64,000 nucleotides of DNA from Rhodospirillaceae bacterium (GTDB lineage Bacteria > Pseudomonadota > Alphaproteobacteria > DSM-16000 > Inquilinaceae): the NCBI GenBank assembly GCA_020638595.1, contig JACKIG010000018.1, positions 2,532 through 66,531 of the forward strand, written 5' to 3'. A model generated the notes under the pieces. It worked only from the letters and a program-made list of their open reading frames with translations. It had not been told where the DNA came from and did no database searches. Numbering within the stretch: the stretch's first letter is position 1; every line of letters starts with the position of its first letter. Shown here one piece after another: positions 40,601 to 52,600 of this stretch. A program made the translations under genes and the position numbers.

Positions 40601-43600
40601 CTATGCGGGCACGGCGGTGGCCGCGTTCGGCACCGGCGCGGTGGACGTCACCAATTCCACGTTCACGAATATCGGCCGCATCGGCGTGCAGTATTTCGGG
40701 GACGGCGTGGACGGCAGCGTGTTCGCCGGCAACACCTACACCGGCAAGGGTGCCGGCGACTGGCTGGACTACGCGCTGGATATCGGCAGTGGTGCGGAGG
40801 TCACGGTCCTGAACAACCGCGTCGAGAACAATCTCGGCGTGGCCGACAGCGACGGCTCGATCTCCGCCGGGTTCCTGGTCAGCACCTATTACGGCCTGGG
40901 GACGGGCGCCGTGTTCGGCGGCAATACGCTGGAAGACAACACCGTCGGCATCGCCGTCGGCTATAACTCGGCAGACGAGAGCACGGTTCAGTTCCTGGCC
41001 GACGGTACCGTGGTCGGGGCCTACACGGTGGCGGGCGCCAACACCTTCATCGGCGGTGACACCGGCATCTTCTTCTCCGGCAACGGGCAGGCGATCGTCG
41101 GCGACACCTTCGCCGACGCCGTGTTCCGCGGCCAGAGCGACCTGTTCATCCAGCTGCACAACGATGCGCTGTCCGACCCCGGCACGGTCCGCGTGCTGGA
41201 TGCCTCCGGCGTCAGCTTCTTCACGGATACGGCCGGGACGACGGCGGCCACCGGCTTCGAGATCGAGGCCGGGCTGGAGCACTTCCTCGACGATCCCGAC
41301 AAGGACCTGATCGACTACACGTCCGCCGGCGGCGGGCTGTTCGTGACCGACGGCAACAGCATCCAGCTTGCCGTCGACGCCGCCGGTGCCATCGGCGGCG
41401 CGCAGACGGTGACGGTGGGCGCCGGCAATTTCGGGGGCCGCATCCGCATCGACTTCAACGACATCACCCTGTTGGCCGACCCGACGCTGGGCGACGGCGC
41501 CGTGGTGATCGACGCGGCGACGTCCGATGCGTTCGGGCGCGCGCCCAACGGCGTGCTGGGCAGCGGCGCCATCGCCGGCATCGACCCGGTGGCCATCTGG
41601 GTCGGCCGCGAGGACGGCGCGGGCGGCGGCACGCTGACCGGCGTGACCATCGACGGCTTCACCTTCCAGCAAAGCACGGCGGGCGACTTCGTCGGCGTCT
41701 TCGTCGAGGCCAACGAACAGCGTGTCGGCACGGTGCGGATCCTGGCCAACACCTTCGACGGGCTGACCACGGCGATCGGGTCGCGGCGCGACGTGCCGGG
41801 GCTGGGCGTCGACAACCTGATCGTCCGCAACAACTTCTTCGATGGCATCACCGGGACGGTGTTCGACTTCCGCACCGGTTCCGTCGCCAACCAGTACGAG
41901 GTGTTCAACAACCAGGTGATCCTGGCGGACCTGGGCGGTGTATTGGTGCGTCGTGGCGCGACGACCGTGCTGCAGGCCAGCGGCAATTTCTGGGGCGTGG
42001 CCGACGGTGGCGGTTTCGTGGCTCTGAGCGAACAGCAGATCGCGGAGCGCATGGTCGACCAGAACGGCGCCATTGCGACCCAGCGCGTCGACTTCACACC
42101 CTACCTCGATATCGGCGGCGATACCGACGCGGGGACGCGCGGCTATCAGGGCGACTACTCCACCCTGCATGTCTCCGCCCTCGGCTCCCAGGTCGGGACC
42201 GTCGGGCGTATCCAGGAAGGCGTGAACCTGCTGTCGGCCAGCACCTTGCTGATCGAAGCCGGGACCTATTTCGAATCCAACATCACGGTCGGCCTGTCGG
42301 CCACCATCCTCGGCAACGGCGCCTCCCGCGCCGACGTGATCATCGCGCCGGAGGCGGAAGACAGCCACGACAGCAGCACCTTCGGCGGCGTCGCGCAGAA
42401 CGCCTTCATCATCGCGGCCGACAACGTGACGATCGGCAACCTGACCATCGACGGGCAGGCCAATCCCACTCTGACGGCGGGGCGCAACAACTTCCGCACC
42501 GGCATCACCCATGACAACACCGCCGGCGATTTCGGCGGGCTGGTGGTGGACAATGTGGAGATCCGCAACGTCTTCCGGCGCGGCATCCAGATCTTCGGTG
42601 ACGGCAGCTTCACCAGCGTCGGCAATGTCGTGCGCAATTCGACCATCACCAATGTCGAACAGCGCGCCGGCATCCTGGTCGCCTATGCCGAAGCGCTGCT
42701 GGAAGACAACATCATCACCGGCGTGAACGAAGGCATCCACGTCTTCAACTTCGGTGGCGATGTGCCGGTCACGGTCAGGCGCAACCAGATCACGCCCAAC
42801 GCCGGCGGCCTGGGCATGCAGCTGGTGGGCCTGGGCACCGGGTCGATGATCGGCGGCGCCACGGACGCCGACGGCAACGTGATCAGTCTCGAGACGACGA
42901 CGGACGGCGAAATCGGGATGATCGTCCAGTACACCGATCACACGGTGTATGTGGATCACAACACCATCACCGCCGACGGCACCGATGTCGCCATCTGGCT
43001 GTTCCACAACGAGGATGACAGCGCGTTCCCGATGGTCCGCAACAACACGCTGACCTCCACGGACAGCGTGTCCGGCGGCTTCGGCGAGGGCGTCGGCATC
43101 TTCATGACAGAGGACGGCACCTTCTTCGGTGACGAGGACGGCGCCGGCTACGCCGCACTGGAAGGCAACAGGATCACCGGGTTCGACCGCGGCATCCAGC
43201 TGTACCGCAGCGGCGGGGCGACTGGGACGGCGCGCGAACTGGCGGCCAGCCTGACCGGCAATACCATCACGTCCAGCGTCGACGGCATCGGCATCCATAT
43301 GGTCGACGAGGGCAATGCCGGTACCGGGCCCGCGTCTCTGGCCTTTATGGGCGGCACCACCATCGACGGCGGCGTCGACGGCCTGGTCGTCTCGGGTGAA
43401 AACACCCTCCTGGTTGGCGATACGCTGGCCGACACCGTGTTCACCAACCAGACGGGTGACTTCGTCCGCTTCGAAAACGCAGCCCTGTTCGAGCCGGGAC
43501 AGCCGACGGTCATCGATGCCACGGGCGTCGATTTCGACGGGCTGACCGATCCGCTCCAGATCGAGAGCCGCGTGGTCCACTACCTCGACACCGGCGATGT

Positions 43601-46600
43601 CGGCCTGTTGTACTACGGGGCGTTGGCAGTCACCGACGGCAACAGCATCCAGCTGGCGGTGAACGCGGCCGGGGCGTTGGGCGGTCCGCAGACCGTAACC
43701 GTGGGCGCCGGGACGTTCGGCGGCAGCGTCGAGGTGTGGGTGGACGACCTGACCCTGGTGGGTGCCGGCGTCGGCAACACCATCATCGACGTGACCGACC
43801 CCGATGCTTTCAGCAACTTCGCGACCAACCTCGACACCGGCTTCGTCATCGGCGACCTGGCCGAGGGCCCCAGTGGCGGAAGCCTGCTGGACCACGTGAC
43901 CGTCACCGGCTTCACCTTCGACGGCAGCGCGGACCCGGCCGGAACCACCGGTATCTACGTTGCCACGGAAGGCTTCGATACCCAGGACATCACGCTCGAC
44001 GCGCTCGGCTTCTACGACCTGGGCACCGGCCTGCGTACCGGGCGGGAGAGCGGCGACGGCTTCATCCGCCGGGTCGACCTGACCAATAGCTTCCTGGAGG
44101 GGATCACCGACTACGTCTTCGATCTGGAGACCGGGACCTATACCGACACCTTCACGGTGTTCGAGAACCGCATCGTCGCCGCCGATCTCGGCACCGTGCT
44201 GCTGCGGCGCGGCTACGACCGGCCCTTGCAGGCCAGCGGCAACTTCTGGGGCGTCGTCGACGGCAGCGAACGCCGCATGACGGAGGCGGAGATCGCTGCG
44301 CGGGTGGTCGACGAGAACGGTGTCGTCGATTCCGACCGCATGGACTTCACGCCGTTCTTGATGAACGGCGCGGACACCAATGGCGACGTGGCGAACGGCT
44401 TCCAGGGTGATTTCAGCGAGTTGTTCGTCTCCGCGCTCGGCGCGCAGTTGGGTGGCACCGGCCGCATCCAGGAAGGCATCGACCTGGTCAGCAACAGCAC
44501 CGTGCTGGTGGGTGCGGGCACCTTCGTGGAGAATGTCCACATCTACAAGGCGTTGGAGCTGATCGGCACGGTCGACGGGAGCGACACACCGCTGACGATC
44601 CTTCAGCCCGACAGCGGCGTCGGCATCCTGATCGACGACTCCGCGGGGATGTTCGAAGTCACCGACGCGGTACTGATCGAGAACTTCGTGTTCCAGGGCG
44701 ACAACGCGACCGTCGACCCGACGACCTATGGCATCCGTGTGGAAGACAATGCCGTCTTCGATACGCTGACCGTCGACAACGCTTCGTTCAGCGGCTGGAC
44801 CTACATCGCCTACTACCAGGAAGGCAACCCGGTCACGGGCCAGGGGATCGACCACACCATCCTCAACGACCTGCACTTCCAGGACAATGGCCGCGCCAAC
44901 AGCGGCGGCACCGGCGACATCAGCTTCTGGGAGTTCAATGAGGACGCAACGCTGACCAATCTGACCCTGGTCGGGTCGCGTGACGGCGTGAATTCGTTCG
45001 AACGCTCGGGTATCCAGTTCCGCGGCGTCGGCGGCGGTGACGGCGCCGGTGTCATGGACGCGGGCACCGTGGTCCTGAGCAATGTCGACATCTCGGGTAC
45101 CTACCAGACCCAGATGATCGGCATCCAGCGGTACCTGGACGTCTCGGACTTCAGCTTCACCGACGTCGCCCTGGGTGGCGCCGCGTCGGGGATCACCGGC
45201 AGCTTCGGTGCGGCCCTGCGCTTCGACCTGGTGGGGCAGGTGGGGGCCGGGTCGACGATCGACCTCGGCAACATGCATTTCCGCGGCGGCGGTGCCGCCG
45301 GGGCGCTGCCGAACGACATCGAGTTCGCGCCGGACAACAGCTTTTCGTATCTCACGGCGGATGCCACCGACACGATCTGGGATGGTACGGATGCCGACGA
45401 CCTGACGCGGGCGCAGCTGTTCGACGTCGAAGACCGCATCCTGCATGCTCTCGACTTCAACGCGACGCACAGCCACATCCACAACGGCCTGGCTGTCGTG
45501 CGCGCCGACAATGTCTACGTGACGCAGAACAGCGGCAGCATCCAGCGCGGCGTCGATGCGGCGTCGGCGGGGTGGACCGTCAATGTCGACGACGGGACGT
45601 TCACCGAGAACGTGGTGATCGACAAGTCGCTGACCCTGCTGGGCAACGGTACGACGGCGACCACCGTCCTGATGGGCACGGGCAGCGGCATCGGCTTTGC
45701 TGTGGCGGCGGACGATGTCACGATCGACGGCTTCATCGTCGAGAACTTCGTCAACGGCATCAGCCCGACCACCAGCGTGGCCAACCTGACGCTGAACGAC
45801 GTGCTGGCGCGGGACAACACCTCCGGCTTCCGTGTGGGCAGCGGCGTCACGGTCGACGGTCTGACGGTGACTGACAGCCACTTCGACAGCAACACCTTCG
45901 GCTGGTACCTGGCCAAGGACAACGGGACGTTCGGCAACCCGGTGGCGGACGCATCGACGGTGACGAATGTCGTGGTGACGGACACCACCTTCGACGACAA
46001 CGCGCTGAAGGGCATCTATGCCGAGAAGCTGGACAACGCGATCTTCACCGGCATCGACGTCATCGGCAGCGGCATCGACGCCGGGTATGCGTTCAATGCC
46101 GGTATCGACATCAATCTCAAGAACGGCATCTACGACACCATCACCTTCATCGACCTGACAGTCACCGGCTCGGGCCTGAACGGCACCGGGACGGGGACGG
46201 CAGTGTGGATCAAGGCCAGGGACGACGGCGCGACGTACGGCGCCTACCCGGCCTCGCTGTCCGGCGTGACCATTCAGGGCAGCCGCATCGAAGCCGCCGG
46301 CGATATCGCGCTGCGGATCGACAACAATGTTGATGGTGTCCTGGTCGACGGTTCGACGATCTCCGGACCGGCCGCCATCCATTCCGAGGGCGGCGTCGAG
46401 GGGCTGACCTTCACCGGCAACACGATCGCGTCGACGGGGGCGCTCACCGGGGCGACGCCGGGCGATGGCTATGGCATCGGCCTGTTCGATGTCGCCGGCG
46501 GCATCAGCCTGACCGACAACGACATCACGTTGAACGCAGCCGGCATCGGCCTTTCGGTCGACACGCCGAATGCGGCACTGGTGACGATCGGGGTGGACAA

Positions 46601-49600
46601 CACCTTCGACGGTGGCACCGACGGCATGGTGTTCAGCGGCCCGGCGATGGACTTCGCCGGCACGCCGACGCTGGAAAACACGGCATTCACCGGTCAGACG
46701 GGCGACTATGTCCGCCTGGTCAATGGCGCCTTCTTCCAGCCCGGGGAACCCACGATCATCGACGCAACGGCGGTCCGTTTCGACGGCGTCACCTGGGCGT
46801 CGGCGACGCCGCTGCAGCAGGCGACGATCGAAGACAAGGTCGTGCACTATCTCGATACGGGCAACGTGGGCCTGCTGTTCTTCGGCAGCCTGGTCGTCAA
46901 CGACGGCGGCAGCATCCAGCTTGCGGTGAATGCGGCCGGCCTGCTGGGCGGCGCACAGACGATCACCGTCAATCCGGGCACCTATGGCGGCAGCGTCGAG
47001 GTGTGGGTCGACGGGCTCAAGCTTGAAGGTGTCGCGGGCGCCACCATCAACACCTCCGTCGCCGACCTGTTCGCGAACAACGGCGATGTGGGCAACGGCT
47101 TCTATGTGGCCGATCTCGGCGATATCGGTGACGGCAGTGCCGAGGCGGCGCTGTCGGACGCACACACGACGAATGGCCGCGTGGTCAGTGGCGTCAACAT
47201 CGACCCGTTCACCATCACCGGCTCGGGCATCGGCATCGAACTGGGCGGTGCCACCGCCCTTGGTGCGGCGCCGGACGCGGCGGTCGACACGGTCGTCGAC
47301 GGCAATACGGTCGACGTCGCCGGCCACGGCATCGTGGTCCACACCGTCGGCGGCACGACGACGCTGACGAACAACGACGTCACCGCGGGCGGCCACGGCA
47401 TCCTGTTCACGCGGGTGCTGGCGGACGTGACGGTCGATATCCGCAGCAACACGGTCGACGCCGGCCGGGATGGCATTCGCTTCAACGGTGCCATCGACGA
47501 TGCGACGATTGCGGTCGGGACGTTGTGGGACCCGAACACGATCACGGCGGACGACTCCGGCGTCGTGTTCGTCCAGTCGGTGCTTTCCGACAGCTACATC
47601 ACCGTGAGCGGCAACCAGATCACGGCGGGGCCCAGCCTCGGCGATCGCGGCGTCGAATTCCGCAACGGCATCGAAGACAGCTTCGTCTGGGTCAGCCTCA
47701 ATGCGATCGGTGCCGGCGATGACGGTATCGCCTTCTACGACCTCAACGGCGGGGCGAACGGCAGCGGCGTCCGGGCGATCGCGGGCAACAGCGCCGTCAT
47801 CGTGACCGGCAACGTCATCGGGACGGAGGCCGACCCGGTCGGCCAGGAGGGCCTGGACTTCGACGAGATCACCGGCACCTCCGCCGTGGTCATCATGGGC
47901 AACACGATCTACGCGGCCCGCGACGGCATGCAGTTCGACCGCGACATCGACACGACCGGCATCGCCTACGCCACCCCTGGGGTTGGCCTGCAGTCCATCG
48001 GTTCGGTTGCCGTGCTGGACAACGAAGTTTTCGCCGGCCGTCATGGCGCGTTCTTCGACAACGAGATCGCAGGTTCGGACATCGTCTTCGGCGAGAACGA
48101 TTTCGGATCCGATGCCGACCCCCTGGGCGGCGACGGCGTCCGGTTCAACCGGATCAGCGGCGATGCGGTGGTCAGTTTCGAACGCGAGCACATCGATGCG
48201 GCGGGCAATGGCGTCTCCGTCACCGGCGGCATCGTGGACACAGCCAGCCTGGACTTCCGCCAGGCGCGCGTGCCGACCATCGCGGACGGGCGTGACACCG
48301 ATATCAATGCCGGCGGCATCGCCGTCGACGTCACCAACCTGCAGTCGCCGACGACGCTCAGCTTTGCGGGCGGCAGCTTCACGGGCGGGGATGTCGCGCT
48401 CAACGTCGACAATACCGGCCTGCCGGCCGGCACCGCGGGCACGGTGGCGTTCAGCAACGCCCCGCTGTTCTCGGTGACGAACCCCGGCGGTACGGTGGCG
48501 CAGTTCCTGACCGACGGTACCGGACCGGGCATCAGTATCGACTTCGGCACGGCGACGGCCGGCTTCAGCGGCGGCGCCAACGGCATCGTCTTCTCCGGCA
48601 CCGGCATCGACATCCTGGGCGGCGGTTCCGGCTTCGGCGGCAGCCTGGGGTCGATCGTGTTCGACGGCCAGACGGACCAGTTCGTGTCGCTGGTCAACGG
48701 TGCGGAGTTCGCGCCGGGCAACCCGACGGTGATCGACGCCAGCTCCGTCGACTTCGACGGCGCCGACCTGGCGGACCCGCCGGCGGTTGCCACCCTGGAA
48801 GCCAAGCTGACGCACTTCCTCGACAGCGGCGCCGACGGGCTGCTGTACCTTGGCGAGATCATCGGCGTTGCCGATGGCCAGAGCATCCAGCTGGCGGTGA
48901 ATGCGGCGGAGCATGCCCGCTTCGCCCTCAACGACGTGGGCGCGGTGACGCAGGTGGCCGTCGGGTCCGGCACCTACGGCGGCAATATCGAGCTGTGGGT
49001 CGACGACCTGAAGCTGACGGGCGTGGACACCGGCGGCGGCGACCCGGTGATCGACCTGGTGAACGGCGGCAACGGCGGTGTCGACCCGTACTCCAACAAC
49101 TCGGGCTCCCAGCCCCATGCCTTCCTGGTCGGCGATTTCGGGGTGATCGGCGACGGGACTTCCGGCGACGTTGCGGGGCAGGCGTTCGGCTCTTACGCCA
49201 ATGGCAACGACGTCAGCGGCGTGTCGATCGATCCGTTCACCGTGCTGGGTGACGGCACGACGGCATCCTCCGGGATCATCCTTGGCCTGCCGGAAGTCCC
49301 CGGTATCTCGCCGGCAAGTGTCGCCATCGACACGACCGTCGACGGCAATACGCTGGGGACCGCCGCGGCGCCGCTGGGCACCGGCATCGTCGTCAACGCC
49401 ATCGGCGGCACGACGACAATCATCAACAATGCCATCGTCGCCTACGGGCACGGCATCCGGTTCGTCACGGCGCTCAGCGACGGCCAGGTCGTCGCCATCC
49501 ACGACAACGTCATCGCGGCCAACGAGGATGACGATGACGAAGGCAGCGGCATCTACTTCGCCGCGGTGGTGGACGACGCCACGGTGCAGATCGGCGACGG

Positions 49601-52600
49601 GACGGGCGGCAGCCTCGGCAGCGGCTTCTCCAACGTCATCACGGTGGGCGGCACTGCCGGCAACCCGGCGGAGCTTGACGCCATCCACTTCCATTCGACG
49701 GTGGGCGGCGACGCGTCGATCGTGATCGACGGCAACCGGCTGGGTTACACCGCCGGCCCGATCGCGGCGGCGCAGTTGCCGGACAACGGGATCGAATTCC
49801 ACGGTGCCGTCACCGGCTCGGCCGATATCGACATCACCGACAACTGGATCCTGGCGGCCGACGACGGCGTGCAATTCGCCGCCCCGGTGGACGTCACCGC
49901 GAACATCCTGATCGGCGGTGCTTCCGACGGCAACACCATCGAAGCGGGCGGCGACGGCATCGCGTTCCTGGCGACGCTGACCGGCCAGGCGCTGGTGGAC
50001 ATCAGCCATAACGACGTCGACGCCGACGGCAACGCCCTGTTCTTCCAGGGGCGGGTCGACAACGCCCAGGACCCGGCGGTGAGCGGGCAGGAGCTGTTCA
50101 TCCACCACAACAGCCTGGTCGGCGGCGACAACGGCATCCTCTTCGCCGGCGGCATCTCCGGCGCACGTCACGACACGCGGATCGCCGACAATTCCCTGAT
50201 CGACGGCGACGGGCGCAGCGCCATCCGCGTGGAGGGCGGCATCAACGATGCAGAGGTGCGGATCCTCGCCAACACGGCGATCGTGGGTGCGGTCGACGGC
50301 GTCGATATCCTGGGTGGCGTGAGCGGCACCGCGCTGGTGCGCATCGCCGACAACATGTCCATCGAGGGCGAGGGCGATGACGCCATCGACTTCGCCGATG
50401 CGGTGGATAACAGCGTGATCCAGATCGTCGACAACGGCGTGATCACCGGTGCCGGCAACGGCATTGAAATCGCGAACGTGACCGGCGGCGCCACCGTCCT
50501 GATCCAGGGCAACGACGCCGGCATCTTCGGCGGGATCGACGGCATCCAGTTCGCCGGTGCGGTCACGGGGTCGACCGTGACCGTGTCGGAGAACATCATC
50601 GAGGCCGAAGGCGACGGTGTGGAGTTCGCGGGCGCGATCGGTGGCGGCAGCACCGTGACCATCAGCGACAACGCGCGGATCCTCTCGACCGTCGATGCTG
50701 ACGGAGTTGATGACGACGGCATCGCCTTCGAAGGGCCGATCACCGGGGCGACGACGTCGATCCTGATCACCGGCAATAGCCGGATCGAGGGTCAGGACCG
50801 CGGCATCTCGTTCGATTTCGGCGGCTCCATCACCGATGCGTCGGTGACGATCAGCGCCAATACGATCGCTGCCCTGGAATTCGACGGCATCCTGTTCAAT
50901 GCGACGATGACGGACGCGACGATCCTGATCGGCGGCCCGACGGATGCCGACGGCAACACCATCACCGGCGAGGACGAGGGCATCGACATCGACCGGATCG
51001 TCGGCGGATCGTTCACCGTCTCGCACAACACGCGGATCGAGGGCACCACCGGCGACGGCGTCGAGTTCGAGGCGGCGATTTCCGACAATGCGGCGATCGC
51101 GGTCATCGACAACCACGATATCGTCGCGGGGTTGACCGGCATCACCTTTGAATCGACGGTCGGCGGCGGTTCGACCGTGCTGATCCAGGGCAACAACGAC
51201 GGGATCGTGGCGGGCAACCACGGCGTCGCCTTCTTCGGGTCCGTCGCCGGTTCGACCCTGGACATCCACGACAACATCATCGAGGCCAACACAGACGAGA
51301 ACGGCATCGGCGCCGGCGTGTTCTTTGCGGTCGACGTGACCGATGCACACATCGACATCGGTGACGGCACGCTGGGCGGTGCCCCGTCGAACATCATCAC
51401 TGTGCACGGCAATTCCGTCGTCCCGGCCGACGCGGCCGATCTCGACGGCATCCTGTTCGCGGGCGGGCTTGGCACCGGTGCGGACATCCTGATCGACGGC
51501 AACCGGATCGGCTTCGAGGCGGGGACCCTCGCCAACGCCGATGTGGCGGACGACGGCATCGAATTCCGCGGTGGCGTCGGGTCCGATGCCAGCGTGGAGA
51601 TCACGGACAACCGGATCCGCGCGCTGGATGGCGGCGTGCAGTTCACGTCCATCGTGGATGGGACCGCTACCATCATCATCGGCGAGACGCCGACGGACGC
51701 CGACGGCAACATCATCGTTGCCGGCGGTGACGGCATCGCGTTCCTGTCGTCGCTCACGGGGCAGGCGCTGGTGGACATCAACCACAACGACGTGACCGCG
51801 GTCGGCAACGCGTTGCTGTTCCAGGGCGTGGTGAACAACGCACTGGTCCCGGAGACGAGCGAGCAGGAGCTGTTCATCCACCACAACAGCCTGGTCGGCG
51901 GCGACAACGGCATCTTCTTCGCCGGCGGCATCGCAGGCCTGAACCACGATACGCGGATCAGCGCGAACACCCTGATCGAAGGGCAGGCTCGCAATGCCAT
52001 CCGGGTGGAAGGCGGCATCGTCGAAGCGCAGGTGCGCATCCACGACAATGCGCACATCGAAGGGGCGGAGGACGGCATCGACATCCTGGGCGGCGTGGGC
52101 AACGCAGCACTGGTGCGCATCGCCGCCAACACCGCGATCATCGGTACGGGTGACGACGGCATCGATTTCGAAGACGACGTGACCGGCGCCGCGGTGGTGG
52201 AGATCGACGCCAACGACTCCATCCAGGGCATCGGCGGCACGGGTACCGGCGGCGGTGGCAGCCACGGCATCGAATTCGCGTCGATCCTGGATGCCGGCAC
52301 GCATGTGGCCGTGACCGGCAACCACGACATCACCGCAACGGTGGACGGCGTGCATGTGGGCGGTGCGATCACTGGCGCCAGTGTCGACATCTCCGCCAAC
52401 AACGACGGGATCACCGCCGGTGTGCATGGCGTGTTCGTGGGCGGCGCGATCACCAATGCGCTGGTCAACGTGTCGGGCAACGTCATCGATGCGGGCAACA
52501 CGGCCGGCGCCAACGGCGATGGCGTGCACTTTGCCGCAGCGGTCGCGGACTCCGTCGTGACCGTGGGTGACGCCGCCGGCAACGGCAACACCATCACCGT

